From Lichenihabitans sp. (lineage in GTDB: Bacteria > Pseudomonadota > Alphaproteobacteria > Rhizobiales > Beijerinckiaceae), in the NCBI GenBank assembly GCA_965214365.1, contig CBDCBM010000004.1, forward strand, positions 1,926,881-1,990,880: a stretch of 64,000 nt of DNA, written 5' to 3'. This document shows, in pieces, positions 47,915-59,934 of the stretch (within the stretch, counting starts at the first letter, position 1; each line of letters begins with the position of its first letter). Made by a program: the position numbers and the translations under genes. Under the pieces are notes generated by a model. It saw only the letters and a list, made by a program, of their open reading frames with translations. It made no database searches and was not told the origin of the DNA.

Positions 47915-50368
47915 TCAATCCGCCGCCACCCGGGGTTTCGCATCGGCCGGGCAGGCTTCGTCCGGGGCGACGAGCCGAAGGGCGAAATCCTGCCCCTCCC
48001 AGCGATTGGCCTTGGGCCAGAACAGCGAGAAGCGCAAGGTTTCGCCGATTTTCAGGTGGGCGGTGTCGAGGTCGGCGACATGCACCCCGAAACTCGTCGG
48101 CTTGGTTTCGGTGTCGGCGACAGTTGCCCAATCGTCCCGGCTCCAGTGGATCCGGGCGGCAGTCAGCAATTCCACCCGGAGGGTTCGCCCCGCGACGAGG
48201 GTGCTGGCCATATTGCTGAAGCGCCAGACCGCGAGATCGGAAGTGGTGGCGTCCATCACATAGCGCTGACGCACCTGTGCCGGCATGTCGAAGACGACAT
48301 TGTCGCGCAGCGAGCGCAGCAGTTTCACATGCTCGCCATGCGCCCAGACGAGCGGCATGGCGGAGCCCGACGGCTTGCCGCGAAACAATTCCCGTTCAGG
48401 CACGTCGTCGCTGTCCCAAACCTGTTCGGGCAAGAGGCCACCCTCGCTGCCAGATCCCTCGAAAGCGGCAAGGAGCCGCCGCGCCTCGGTTGGCCGGCCA
48501 TGGGACAATTCATAATGGGCGCGCTCGCCCGTCAGCAGCGGCCAGGCGCGGCCAATGCCGGTGCCGTCGAAAGGCGAGCCGTCCTCATGTTCGCCGTAGC
48601 CGTCGCCGTTGTAGCGGTGCCAAAGCGGCCCTTGGGGCAACTCGACTTTCAGCAGATGGTCGATGGCTGTGATCGTGTCCAGAATACGCTGATCGTCCGC
48701 CGACCTGAGGCCGAAGCGCACCAGCGAAAGCGCATCCGGACTGATGGTAGCGTCGGCGGCTTGCTGGCCGAACGCCGGCGGCCGGTTCTTGATGGCGACG
48801 AAGCCGGTGAGCGGCGAGGGCGCGTCGGAACTTTCGACGGGCGTAATCCTCACGTAATACCCGGAGATCCCCAATTGCTTGGCAAGCTCGGTGCCGGTGG
48901 CGAAGGTCCAGCGCTCGATCGAGGCATTCCAAAGATCGGCCGTGTCGAGCAGGTACGCCGCATCCTCGACATGGCCGAGGCGGGTCGCCAAATCCGCCGC
49001 GACGACGAGCGCGGCGATCTCGACCGCGAGCGTGAAGGGAGAATAGCCGCCATCTTCCTCCCAGCGGTCCTGCCCGGTCACCGGACCGTTGAGCACGATG
49101 TAGCGGGCCGCATGGCGCACCATCAGCCAATAGCGCGGCAACTCGTCCATGGTAATGGCGCCCTCGCGCAGCGCCATATCGACGAGCAGGATCGGGAAGG
49201 CCGTCTCGTCCATCTGCAGGCCTAGCCAATAGGCCGATCCGTCGAGCCACATGTTCTGTGGCCAGTGCCCGTCCTCCTCCTGCGTGGCCTGCAGAAAGGT
49301 CAGAGCGCGCCGCGCTTCGGGAAATGCCCCGATGGCGAGAAGGGCGGTCGCGCTTTCGACGAGGTCGCGCGGCCAAACGAGATGGTAGCCACCGAGATCG
49401 TCGTCGCCCTTGCTGGCGCCCCAGGGAATGGAAAGGCTGGCGATCATGCCGCCGGCCGAGGCGCGGGCCTCATGGGTGCGCAGCACCGCCGTCGAGACCC
49501 GATAGGCGTTGAGACCCGGCGTCTTGACGGACGAAAGATCATCCAGTGGCACGAGCCCACGCTGCCACTCGCGCCAGCCTTCCGCATAGGCGGTTTCGGC
49601 CGACGAGAAACCCTCCATCAGGCTGGCCCGGGCCGCCAGCGAGGCTTCGTTGGCGTCGCGGCCGAAGCCGATGGCGAGTTCGACCTCGGAGCCTTGCGGC
49701 CCGAGATCGAGTTCGGCACAGATCGCGACATTGCCATCTTGCGCCAGGGGATGGAATTCGGTCAGACCGCCGTGTTTTTGCAGATCGGCGAAGCCGTCGC
49801 TGGTGCCCGCATAGCCGACCGAGAGCGCCGGGAAGGACCGGTTGGCGGCCAATACCAAAGTGGCGCCACGGCCCGATGCGAAGGCCATGCGCCAGCCTTT
49901 CAGCGTCGCCACGAAAGCGGTGTTATGGGCACCGGCGTTGACGAGATGGGGCGCGAGCAGGACAAAGAGCCGGTAGGGACCGGGTCGGTGCGCCTCGAAG
50001 GTGATGCGTTGCAGCACGACGTCGCGCAAGGGATCGGCCACGATCCGTTTGACGATGGTGTAGCGGCCGTCGCGGCTTCGATTGGTGAGTTCGAAGCCGG
50101 GCACGCCATCCACGATCTGTCGGACGGTGCTCAGCGTGTCGCGCTTTTCTTCTGAAAAATAGCCGTCCGGCCCAGTGACGATCAAGCCGCAATCGCGCGT
50201 GCAGGCCTGGTCGATGCGCGGATAGTAGATTTCGTTGAGGATGCCGTGGCTGATCGTGAACGAGACACGGCTCAATGCGGAGAGCGCGGTGCCGACGCCG
50301 GTCTTGGCGCTTGACGTCCAAGCGGGCAGGAGACCTGGGCCGCCGGGGGCATCGGTGACGTCGGACAT
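47915..50368 (-). CDS. GH15 glucoamylase/glucodextranase (glucan 1,4-alpha-glucosidase)
   Basis: N-terminal PGGPG..PAWTSSAKTGVGTA and NEIYYPRIDQAC (glucodextranase-N-like), YHLVWPRDL, QDRWEE, LPEQVW, SAMPLVWAH, and a C-terminal carbohydrate-binding-like domain. Confidence 0.9.
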   Translation of the reverse strand: MSDVTDAPGGPGLLPAWTSSAKTGVGTALSALSRVSFTISHGILNEIYYPRIDQACTRDCGLIVTGPDGYFSEEKRDTLSTVRQIVDGVPGFELTNRSRDGRYTIVKRIVADPLRDVVLQRITFEAHRPGPYRLFVLLAPHLVNAGAHNTAFVATLKGWRMAFASGRGATLVLAANRSFPALSVGYAGTSDGFADLQKHGGLTEFHPLAQDGNVAICAELDLGPQGSEVELAIGFGRDANEASLAARASLMEGFSSAETAYAEGWREWQRGLVPLDDLSSVKTPGLNAYRVSTAVLRTHEARASAGGMIASLSIPWGASKGDDDLGGYHLVWPRDLVESATALLAIGAFPEARRALTFLQATQEEDGHWPQNMWLDGSAYWLGLQMDETAFPILLVDMALREGAITMDELPRYWLMVRHAARYIVLNGPVTGQDRWEEDGGYSPFTLAVEIAALVVAADLATRLGHVEDAAYLLDTADLWNASIERWTFATGTELAKQLGISGYYVRITPVESSDAPSPLTGFVAIKNRPPAFGQQAADATISPDALSLVRFGLRSADDQRILDTITAIDHLLKVELPQGPLWHRYNGDGYGEHEDGSPFDGTGIGRAWPLLTGERAHYELSHGRPTEARRLLAAFEGSGSEGGLLPEQVWDSDDVPERELFRGKPSGSAMPLVWAHGEHVKLLRSLRDNVVFDMPAQVRQRYVMDATTSDLAVWRFSNMASTLVAGRTLRVELLTAARIHWSRDDWATVADTETKPTSFGVHVADLDTAHLKIGETLRFSLFWPKANRWEGQDFALRLVAPDEACPADAKPRVAAD

Positions 50369-50990
50369 GGTCGATCACGATCGCTGGTTTGCCGAGCGGC
50401 CGCTCCGCGCTGCTCGCTTCAGGTAACCTTCTTGTCGTCGGACTGGCAAGCGAAGGGTGTGTCTCCCGGAACGAACGGATTTGCAAATTAAGGGCGGTCG
50501 GCAGCCCTCGTTGCTTTCGCGGAGCGTGGATGGCGCAATCGCTGAGGTCACGTTCATGTTTTCGGATCTATTCGATCCAAAATTACCATGATCTAGTCTT
50601 GATTGGCCTTTAACGATGCGGGAGAAATCTTCAAGTAAAACGTTTAAGGATAGCCGAGCACTTGCGCGGTCTGCGACGATATGGTCATTGAGCACACCGG
50701 ACAAAACGAGGCCGCACGAAGACGGCGCTGGTCTGGGAGGAAAGGCCCAAAAAGGGCAGGGGACTAGCGTTTGTCGGGGTGTCTTGGCTTTTGCTCAAGG
50801 CGCCCCGTCGACGTTTTTCAGTGAGGGTCGAGCAGGGCTGCGCTCAATTGCGGGATGCGATACCCGTATGATCGCCCTGACCCGCGTTTTTCATCAGGTT
50901 GCCTGACAAGACATATCGAACATATAGGCTTGGTTTCCAATCAAGGCCTCATCCCGAACGCCGAGCCGAAGTTGGCGTGAGATGGACTGG

Positions 50991-52286
<1,296 letters not shown>

Positions 52287-52456
52287 TCCACGAAAACGGA
52301 GGGGCCGGCCGGGACGACTACGGCTCGCCCCCTTGCCTCACCCGTAGCCTCATCGCTAGGCTCGCACAACCTTTCGCGGCTCCGGCCATCGGAAGCCTCG
52401 GCTGTGAACGCGGCGCGGCGGATGAGGACCGGACCCTGTTCAAAAGTGTCGCCGCC

Positions 52457-53335
52457 ATGCCCCAACTCAAAGTCTTCCAATCCTTGTGGGCGACCGAATT
52501 GCGCACACCGGGCGTGTCGGAAGCTCCGGTCAGCGAGCGTTTCGATCGCGTCGAGGCGGCTGGTTTCGACGGGATGGGCATCGATCTTGGTGCTATGGAC
52601 ATCGTAGAGGCGAGGATGATCGTACCCGAGTTCGCGCGCTCGGGCCTCGACGCCCTCCTGACGGCCTTTCCCCGCTCGATCGAGGATCTGCGACCGGCGC
52701 TCCACCTCGCCAAGGACATCGGATCGCCTTTCGTGATCGTCATCGGTCAGGTCATGCCGTTGTCGGTCGAGGGCATGATCCCGGTCATTCGCGACTGGCA
52801 GAAGGTGGCCGCCGAAGAAGGCGTGCCGATCCAGTTCGAGACGCATCGCAATTGCATCACCAACGATCTCTTCTCGACGCTGCTGCTGCTCGACGCCATT
52901 CCGGACATGCGGCTGAGCGCCGATCTTTCGCATTACGTCGTCGATCGCGAGATGACGCAGCCGATCGGCGCGGACCTTCAGGACCAGGTCCAGCGCATTC
53001 TTCATCGTTCTGACTCGTTTCAAGGCCGGGTCGCCAACCGATGCCAGGTGCAGATCCCCCTTGGCTTTCCCCAGCACCGCATCTGGGTCGATACGTTCCT
53101 GGACTGGTGGCGACGGGGCTTCGAGTCCTGGCTCGCACGCACGTCGGGCCAACGAGACGCACTTTTTCTGTGCGAACTCGGACCACGCGATTACGCCATC
53201 ACCGATGCCAAGGGTGAAGAATTGTCTGATCGGTGGGCCGAAGCCCTGGTGCTCAAGGACTGGGCCTTGGAGCAATGGGTGGCCGCCGGCGGTTCTCCGT
53301 CGATCTTAGGCGGAGAGTCAACGAGGTCGAGCTAA
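52457..53335 (+). CDS. Sugar-phosphate isomerase/epimerase (xylose-isomerase-like TIM barrel)
   Basis: From ATG 52457 (MPQLKVFQSLW): FETHRNCITND, LSADLSHYVV, FQGRVA and FLCELGP. Confidence 0.8.
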   Translation: MPQLKVFQSLWATELRTPGVSEAPVSERFDRVEAAGFDGMGIDLGAMDIVEARMIVPEFARSGLDALLTAFPRSIEDLRPALHLAKDIGSPFVIVIGQVMPLSVEGMIPVIRDWQKVAAEEGVPIQFETHRNCITNDLFSTLLLLDAIPDMRLSADLSHYVVDREMTQPIGADLQDQVQRILHRSDSFQGRVANRCQVQIPLGFPQHRIWVDTFLDWWRRGFESWLARTSGQRDALFLCELGPRDYAITDAKGEELSDRWAEALVLKDWALEQWVAAGGSPSILGGESTRSS

Positions 53336-53403
53336 AACCGGCATCCGCTTCTCATGAATTCTTAGGATTGTCTCAGTAGCTCTAGGAGGAGCTGAAATCC
53401 GGC

Positions 53404-55311
53404 ATGGCCCTGGCTACGGTTGCATTGATGGATCTACGGGGCCTGCTTTCGTGTTTTGCCGTCGCGGCGCTGGCGATCTCGATCTGGGGTCACATCTCGC
53501 AGCGGCTCATCGACCGCAGCGTCAATCGGCATATCTGGATGGGTGTCGTGCTCGGCCTTGGGGTCGTCGCGTCGATGTTGCTGCCCTTGCGTGCCGAGGC
53601 CGGAATTTTGATGGATCTCAGAGGCCCGCTGCTTGGGGCCGCTGCATTCATCGGGGGCCCGATCTCCGCCATCATCGCCACATCCCTGGGACTTGCCAGC
53701 CGGTTCTATCTGGGCGGTGTCGGCATCTGGGCCGGAGCCTGCAATATTCTTCTGACGACCGTGGTCGGGCTCGTCGGCCACTCCATCGCTAGGGGACGTC
53801 CCACCAAAGCGCTGGGTCTTGCGGCACTGTCCGCCTGCGTCGCCCTCGCCAAGCCGGTCTGCAGCTTCGCTCTCCTGCATTCGCGGTTCAGTTCCAATTC
53901 CGATAAAATCATCAGTCTTGCCTTGCTCAGCTTCGGCTGCACATGGCTGGTTTTGCTCTCCATGCAACGGGAAGAGCGATTGCGTGCGCTCCTTGCTCAG
54001 GATTCTGTTTACAGGGCTATCATCAGGGCTCTACCCGACAGCCTGAATGCCAAAGATCGAGACAGCCGCTTCATTGCCGTCAACCCGGCGACAGCGCGCC
54101 TGATGAACGCTGCGTCCCCCGCCGACATGATCGGCAAGAGCGATGCCGACTTTTATCCGCCGGATATGAGTGCCCTGTTTCGACGAGAGGAACTCCTCGT
54201 GCTGGGTAACTCGGTCGTCGGTCCGATCGACCAGGAGGTGCGATTCGCCGACGGAACATATCGCTGGCTGATGTCGATGAAGACCCCGTTGCTGGACGAC
54301 CACGGCGCGGTCGTCGGCATCATCACTCACAATCGAGACGTGACCGATCGCAAGACGCTGGAGGCGGAGCTCCTGCAGACGCAAAGCGTCCTCCAGGAAG
54401 CGATGAACAATATGGCCGATGGGCTCGTCCTCTACGACCAGGACGGAGTGATCCGCTTTTGCAATCAACAATATGCGAACATGTTTCCCAAGACCGCCGA
54501 TCTTCGGGTCGAGGGATCGCGTTTCGCGGATATCATCAGGGCCTCGGTCACGCGGGGCGAGGAAGGGCCGAAGCCGGATCTCGAGGCTTATGTCGCCGAG
54601 AGGGTGCGCCTCCTGCCGAGATCGGGCGAGCGACTGCTCGAACTCCTAGACGGACGAAGCATCGAATTGCGCAGTCGCCTGCTCCCGGGGTCGGACACCC
54701 TGATCGTGTTCACTGACGTAACCGCGAAAAAACAGTTGGAGCGCGATCTTCAGCGTCGGGCATCCCAAGATCCATTGACGAGCCTTGCCAATCGATCCGC
54801 CTTCGAGTTCGAATTCGAAGCGGCACATCGGCAGGCGGTCTCAGGCAACTCCGCTTATGCGGTCCTGATGCTGGATCTCGACCGGTTCAAACCGGTCAAC
54901 GACACCTACGGCCATGCGGTGGGCGACCAATTGCTGGTCGAGGTCGCGGCGCGTCTCCGGGAGGCGGTGCGGGACGGCATCATCGCTGCACGGCTCGGGG
55001 GAGATGAATTCGCGTTTCTCGTCGTCGGTCAGGACATCGAGACCTCGACCGTCAAACTGGCCAATCGGCTTGTCAAGACCCTGAAAAAGCCATTCACGAT
55101 TGGGTCGATCACACTGACACCCAGCGGCAGCCTGGGCATCGCTTATTTTCCCCGTAATTCCACGGATCCTTTCGAACTTCTGCGCCTGGCCGACAAGGCG
55201 CTTTACGCGGTCAAGACGCGGGGCGGCGGTGCCTGGTTGGCCACGTCCGTGACGACCGGCGATCCGCGCGGCGCGGCCAAGACGGAGCCGGGCATTCAAT
55301 CCGCCGCATAG
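53404..55311 (+). CDS. Membrane-bound diguanylate cyclase (5TM-5TMR_LYT-like sensor, PAS, PAS, GGDEF)
   Basis: Hydrophobic N-terminus with MDLRGP...GG, two PAS segments, DPLTSLANR, LDLDRFKPVNDTYGHAVGD and an intact RLGGDEF. No EAL domain. Confidence 0.92.
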   Translation: MALATVALMDLRGLLSCFAVAALAISIWGHISQRLIDRSVNRHIWMGVVLGLGVVASMLLPLRAEAGILMDLRGPLLGAAAFIGGPISAIIATSLGLASRFYLGGVGIWAGACNILLTTVVGLVGHSIARGRPTKALGLAALSACVALAKPVCSFALLHSRFSSNSDKIISLALLSFGCTWLVLLSMQREERLRALLAQDSVYRAIIRALPDSLNAKDRDSRFIAVNPATARLMNAASPADMIGKSDADFYPPDMSALFRREELLVLGNSVVGPIDQEVRFADGTYRWLMSMKTPLLDDHGAVVGIITHNRDVTDRKTLEAELLQTQSVLQEAMNNMADGLVLYDQDGVIRFCNQQYANMFPKTADLRVEGSRFADIIRASVTRGEEGPKPDLEAYVAERVRLLPRSGERLLELLDGRSIELRSRLLPGSDTLIVFTDVTAKKQLERDLQRRASQDPLTSLANRSAFEFEFEAAHRQAVSGNSAYAVLMLDLDRFKPVNDTYGHAVGDQLLVEVAARLREAVRDGIIAARLGGDEFAFLVVGQDIETSTVKLANRLVKTLKKPFTIGSITLTPSGSLGIAYFPRNSTDPFELLRLADKALYAVKTRGGGAWLATSVTTGDPRGAAKTEPGIQSAA

Positions 55312-55356
55312 ATCGTGATCTGGTCGCCGAGCGGTCCCCGTCCGCAGCGTCCGGTC

Positions 55357-56061
55357 TCATAACCCCTCATCGATGGTCTCAAGCCATCGCGGCAGATCCT
55401 CCAATGTGCTGAGCTCGCGAAAACGCGGATGATCGGCCGGTACCGTGGCAGCCTCATGCGCCCAGACCAGCGGATAGGGGATCAGCGCCGCATAGGCGCC
55501 GGCCTCCAGCGGCGGCAGGACGTCGGAGCGGATCGAATTGCCCGCCATGACGGCGTTCGACGGCTCCACGCCGTAGCGCGCGAACACCCGGCGATAGACC
55601 GGGGCGGTCTTGTCGCTGACGACCTCGACGCCGGAGAACAACTGGCCGAGCCCCGAGGCCGCAAGCTTGGCCTCCTGGTGAAACAGGTCTCCCTTGGTGA
55701 CGAGCACCACCGGCGCGCGATCCGCCAAGACTCTCAGCGCCGCCTCGACCCCGGGCAGGGGCTCGACAGGGTGGCGCAGCAACTCGCGTCCCAGGGCGAG
55801 GATTTCGCTCATGGCGGCGCCCGAGAGCCGACGATCGCTGATATCGAGCGCCATCTCCATCATCGAAAGCGTAAAGGCCTTCGCTCCGTAGCCATAGATC
55901 GCGAGGTTGCGATGTTCGATCTGGCTGAGATGGGCGTCGATGTGATCGGGGGTCCCATAAGGCGCCAGGAGGTCCACGAGCTTGCCCTGCATGTCGCGAA
56001 AGAAGGTTTCGTGATGCCAGAGCGTGTCGTCCGCATCGACACAGATGAATTTGATCGGCAT
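55357..56061 (-). CDS. HAD-superfamily hydrolase
   Basis: From MPIKFICVDADDTLWHHE (motif I, DxD), then VTKGDLFHQEAK and MAGNSIRSDVLP. Confidence 0.9.
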   Translation of the reverse strand: MPIKFICVDADDTLWHHETFFRDMQGKLVDLLAPYGTPDHIDAHLSQIEHRNLAIYGYGAKAFTLSMMEMALDISDRRLSGAAMSEILALGRELLRHPVEPLPGVEAALRVLADRAPVVLVTKGDLFHQEAKLAASGLGQLFSGVEVVSDKTAPVYRRVFARYGVEPSNAVMAGNSIRSDVLPPLEAGAYAALIPYPLVWAHEAATVPADHPRFRELSTLEDLPRWLETIDEGL

Positions 56062-56115
56062 GGTTCCTCCACTTCGCGGATCGCGCGTGCTCGGCTTAGA
56101 CTGGCAGCTTAGGAC

Positions 56116-56958
56116 ATGATGGGGAGGAGCGACATGCCCGCAACGCCGCGAGGTCAGGTCCGGGTCGGCATCGGCGGTTGGGTCTTCGAGCCTTGGCGCG
56201 GCAGCTTCTATCCCCAAGGTCTGACACAGAGGCGGGAACTGGCCTATGCCAGCCAGGCGATGACCTCGATCGAGATCAACGGTACCTTCTACGGTTCCCA
56301 GAAGCCGGAGAGTTTCGCGCGCTGGCACGACGAGACGCCGGACGATTTCGTATTTTCCCTGAAGGGGCCGCGCTTCACCACCAACCGGCGCGTGCTCGCC
56401 GAGGCTGCTTCCTCGATCGAACGGTTCGTGACAAGCGGTCTCGTCGAGCTGAAACACAAGCTCGGGCCGATCAACTGGCAGTTTCCGGCCACCAAGGCCT
56501 TTGATCCGCAGGATTTCGAGGCCTTCTTGAAGCTGCTGCCGAAGAGCGTCGAGGGGCACGACTTGCGCCACGCCGTCGAGGTTCGGCACCAGAGCTTCCG
56601 CACTCCCGATTTCATCGCCCTGCTGCGCCGCTATGGGATCGCCTGCGTGCTGGCCGATAGCGAAACCTACCCGCTCATCGCCGACCCAACGGCGCCTTTC
56701 GTCTATGCTCGCCTGCAAAGCGCGTCGGAGGATTGCGACCTCGGCTATCCGGCTGAAACGCTGGACAGCTGGGCCGCGCGCGGGACACTCTGGTCAGAAG
56801 GGAAAGTGCCCAAGGATCTCGAAACCTTGGCCCCGCCCGAGAAGCCGGCCCCCAAGACGCGCGATGTCTTCATCTACATGATCAACGGGTTCAAACCCAA
56901 GGCGCCGACTGCCGCGATGGCGCTGATCGAGCGGCTCAAGGCGGGCGCCGCACGCTGA
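56116..56958 (+). CDS. DUF72 domain protein
   Basis: RVGIGGWVFEPWRGSFYP, SIEINGTFY, FSLKGPRFTTN, AVEVRHQSF and FVYARLQ. Confidence 0.9.
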   Translation: MMGRSDMPATPRGQVRVGIGGWVFEPWRGSFYPQGLTQRRELAYASQAMTSIEINGTFYGSQKPESFARWHDETPDDFVFSLKGPRFTTNRRVLAEAASSIERFVTSGLVELKHKLGPINWQFPATKAFDPQDFEAFLKLLPKSVEGHDLRHAVEVRHQSFRTPDFIALLRRYGIACVLADSETYPLIADPTAPFVYARLQSASEDCDLGYPAETLDSWAARGTLWSEGKVPKDLETLAPPEKPAPKTRDVFIYMINGFKPKAPTAAMALIERLKAGAAR

Positions 56959-56990
56959 AGATCGTCAGCGGAAGGAAGCATCGTTATCGA

Positions 56991-57875
56991 TCACCTCCCG
57001 CTCCGCATCCCCTTCTTCTTGTGCATCAACTGCCAGATGATCGGCGTGAAGATGAGCTGCATGGCAAGTTCCATCTTTCCGCCGGCACATACGACAGTAT
57101 TCGGCCGCGACATGAAACTGTCCTTCAGCATCGACAGCAGGTAGGGGAAGTCGATTCCCTTGGGGTCGCGAAAGCGGATCACGAGGATGCTTTCGTCAGG
57201 GCTTGGGACATGTCGGGAGATGAAGGGGTTCGACGTATCCACCGTCGGCGAACGCTGAAAATTGACATGCGTGCGCGAAAACTGGGGACAGATGTAGTTC
57301 ACGTAGTCGGGCATCCGCCGTAGGATCGTGTCGACGATGGCTTCATGCGAATGGCCGCGCATCTTCTTGTCGCGATGCAGCTTCTGGATCCATTCGAGGT
57401 TGATGGTCGGCACGACGCCGATCAGCAGGTCGGCATGCGGGGCGACATCCACCTCATCGGTCTTCACCGCCCCGTGAAGCCCTTCATAGAACAGGAGGTC
57501 GGTGCCGGCCGGAATGGTTTCCCAGGGCGTGAATACGCCGGGCTTGAGCCCGTGGGGCTTGGCTTCTTCCTCGTCATGGAGATATTTGCGAATGCGGCCG
57601 GTGCCGCTTTCGCCATAGTCGCGGAACAGCGTCTCGATTTCGCCGAACAGGTTCGCCTCGGGACCGAAATGGCTGAAATGGTTGCTGCCTTGCTTGGCAT
57701 GCGCGGCCATCTGCTGGCGCATCTCGGCCCGATCGTAACGATGGAACGAGTCGCCTTCGACGATCGCGGCATTGATATGCTCGCGGCGAAAGATCAGCTC
57801 GAAGGTCTCTTTCACGGTCGTCGTGCCGGCACCCGACGATCCGGTGACAGAGACGACAGGAAATTGGGTCGACAT
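56991..57875 (-). CDS. cbbP: Phosphoribulokinase (proteobacterial class)
   Basis: VSVTGSSGAGTTTV, EGDSFHRYDR, HFGPEAN, YEGLHG, NLEWIQKLHRD and QRSPTVDTSNPF. Confidence 0.96.
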   Translation of the reverse strand: MSTQFPVVSVTGSSGAGTTTVKETFELIFRREHINAAIVEGDSFHRYDRAEMRQQMAAHAKQGSNHFSHFGPEANLFGEIETLFRDYGESGTGRIRKYLHDEEEAKPHGLKPGVFTPWETIPAGTDLLFYEGLHGAVKTDEVDVAPHADLLIGVVPTINLEWIQKLHRDKKMRGHSHEAIVDTILRRMPDYVNYICPQFSRTHVNFQRSPTVDTSNPFISRHVPSPDESILVIRFRDPKGIDFPYLLSMLKDSFMSRPNTVVCAGGKMELAMQLIFTPIIWQLMHKKKGMRSGR

Positions 57876-57893
57876 GAGTCGGGCCTATCGGGT

Positions 57894-58970
57894 TCAGGAG
57901 CTGCGGAAGAGCGAGCGGTGGTTGAAGAGAGGCGCCTCGAAGGTCGCCGGCTCACCGCGCTCGAAAGCGTCGTGGTAGTCGATCAGGCGCTCGACCTCCC
58001 GTCGAGAACCCAGAATGACCGGCACGCGCTGGTGGATATCATGGGGCTCGATGTCGAGGAGCCGTTCCCGCCCGGTGGAGGCGGCGCCTCCCGCCTGCTC
58101 GATCAGCATCGCGGTGGGGTTCGCCTCATAGAGCAGGCGTAGACGGCCGGCCTTGAGCGGTTTCTTGGTGTCGCGCGGATACATGTAGAGGCCGCCGCGC
58201 ACCAGGAGGCGGTGCACCTCGACCACCATCGACGCGATCCAGCGCATGTTGAAGTCCTGACCTCGAGGACCAGCGACGCCCTCGACACATTCCGCGACGT
58301 AGCGGCTGACCGGCGGTTCCCAGAACCGGGCGTTGGAGGCGTTGACGGCGAATTCAGACGTAGTTTCTGGCACCCGCATCGACGGGTGGGTCAGCAGGAA
58401 GATTCCACTGTCGCGATCGAGCGTAAAACCGTCGACGCCGTGGCCGATGGTCAGCACCAGCATCGTGGTCGGCCCGTAGAGTGCGTAGCCGGCGGAGACC
58501 TGCCGATGACCCGGTTGCAGGAAATCCTCCGCCGTGGCGTCCCGTCCGGGATGAGGCGCCCGCAGGATCGAGAAGATCGTTCCGATTGTGGTGTTCGCCT
58601 CGACGTTGGAAGAGCCGTCGAGCGGATCGAAGGCCAGGAGATAAGCGCCGCGCGCGCAGGATGCCGGGAGCCGGTAAGGCTCCTCCAACTCCTCCGACAC
58701 CATGCCGCAGAGTTGTCCGCTCCGCTCGCAGGTTTCCAGGATGATGGTGTTGGTGACGATGTCGAGCGGCTTTTGAGCCTCCCCCTGCACATTGACCGTG
58801 ATCTCGACGGTCTCATGGCGGTCGATCCCGGTGCGGCCGACCGCCGTTGCGATATCGCGGCAGGCGCCTTCGACGGTCTTGATGACGGTGGCGAGGTCGG
58901 GGTCGAGTGCCGCTGCCCCCGTCTGAGCCGCGATCAAATAATCCGACAAACTGGTGTGCCGGTCGCCCAT
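57894..58970 (-). CDS. cbbF: Class 1 fructose-1,6-/sedoheptulose-1,7-bisphosphatase
   Basis: VQGEAQKPLD, SEE, FDPLDGSSN, NASNARFWEPPV, RWIASMV and LRLLYEANP. Confidence 0.95.
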   Translation of the reverse strand: MGDRHTSLSDYLIAAQTGAAALDPDLATVIKTVEGACRDIATAVGRTGIDRHETVEITVNVQGEAQKPLDIVTNTIILETCERSGQLCGMVSEELEEPYRLPASCARGAYLLAFDPLDGSSNVEANTTIGTIFSILRAPHPGRDATAEDFLQPGHRQVSAGYALYGPTTMLVLTIGHGVDGFTLDRDSGIFLLTHPSMRVPETTSEFAVNASNARFWEPPVSRYVAECVEGVAGPRGQDFNMRWIASMVVEVHRLLVRGGLYMYPRDTKKPLKAGRLRLLYEANPTAMLIEQAGGAASTGRERLLDIEPHDIHQRVPVILGSRREVERLIDYHDAFERGEPATFEAPLFNHRSLFRSS

Positions 58971-59013
58971 CGCTGTCCTCCCGATCCGGCGTTTGACGCC
59001 TTACTCTATTCTT

Positions 59014-59934
59014 TTATTGCGCGAAGACGCGGCTCTGCCGAATATCGTCATCCGTAATCAATTCAAGCGCGGCTCGGTTTATCGGGGAGCCACGTGACGC
59101 GAACAGGCGGTTGGCCTGGCGCAGGCGCGCTCGGTCAAGTGCGTTGCGGATGGATCGCGCATTGGAAAAGCGCGGCTGGCGCATGCGCAGCTCGATATAG
59201 TCCCGCATCGTATCGACCGCCTTGGCGTCGAAGCGGTAGTTCATCTTCGCCACCATCAACCGGGCAATCTGCACTAATTCGTCGGCACCGTAATCGGGAA
59301 AGTCGATATGGTGCGCGATACGCGAGGACATGCCCGGGTTCGAGCGATAGAACGTATCCATCCGGTCCTTGTATCCGGCCAACACCACGACAAGGTCGTC
59401 GCGATGTTCTTCCATGACCTGGAGTAGGATCTCGATGGCTTCCTGACCATAGTCCCGTTCGTTCTCGGGTCGATACAGATAATAGGCCTCGTCGATAAAC
59501 AGAACGCCGCCCATGGCCTTCTTGAGGATCTCCTTGGTCTTGGGCGCCGTATGACCGATATATTGCCCGACGAGGTCATCCCGCGTGACGCTGACCACAT
59601 GGTTGCGCCGGATATAGCCGAGCCCGTGCAGGATCTCGGCGATACGCTGAGCTACGGTGGTTTTGCCGGTGCCCGGATTGCCGGTGAAGCTCATATGCAG
59701 CGAGGGCGGTTCCGCCTCCATGCCCAGCGAGCGGCGGGCGCTTTCGACCAACAGCAGCGCGGCGATCTCGCGGATCCGGGTCTTTACCGGCTTCAACCCG
59801 ATGAGGTCGCGGTCGAGCGTCTCCATGATCGAGCCGACGTTCGACTTCTGATAGAGGGCTTCAAGGTCGACGATCGCCTCGGGCGGCGCCTCGGCAACCG
59901 GAGGCGTTCCGGACATCGGAGCTGGATGGCTCAT
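59014..59934 (-). CDS. cbbX: CbbX red-type RuBisCO activase (AAA+)
   Basis: [48 protein letters not shown] and NARSIRNA. Confidence 0.96.
   Translation of the reverse strand: MSHPAPMSGTPPVAEAPPEAIVDLEALYQKSNVGSIMETLDRDLIGLKPVKTRIREIAALLLVESARRSLGMEAEPPSLHMSFTGNPGTGKTTVAQRIAEILHGLGYIRRNHVVSVTRDDLVGQYIGHTAPKTKEILKKAMGGVLFIDEAYYLYRPENERDYGQEAIEILLQVMEEHRDDLVVVLAGYKDRMDTFYRSNPGMSSRIAHHIDFPDYGADELVQIARLMVAKMNYRFDAKAVDTMRDYIELRMRQPRFSNARSIRNALDRARLRQANRLFASRGSPINRAALELITDDDIRQSRVFAQ

Noticed and set aside
50369-50990. ORFs and promoter-like motifs in the 620-bp lower-GC gap (50375..50704 -, 50616..50906 +; tggc...atgc near 50604)
   Set aside because: The translations are not protein-like, and the GG-GC spacing is one base too long for a sigma-54 promoter.
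55357-56718. 453-aa HAD ORF as given by the ORF track
   Set aside because: The first 219 codons are antisense to the DUF72 gene. The HAD motif I starts at 56061.
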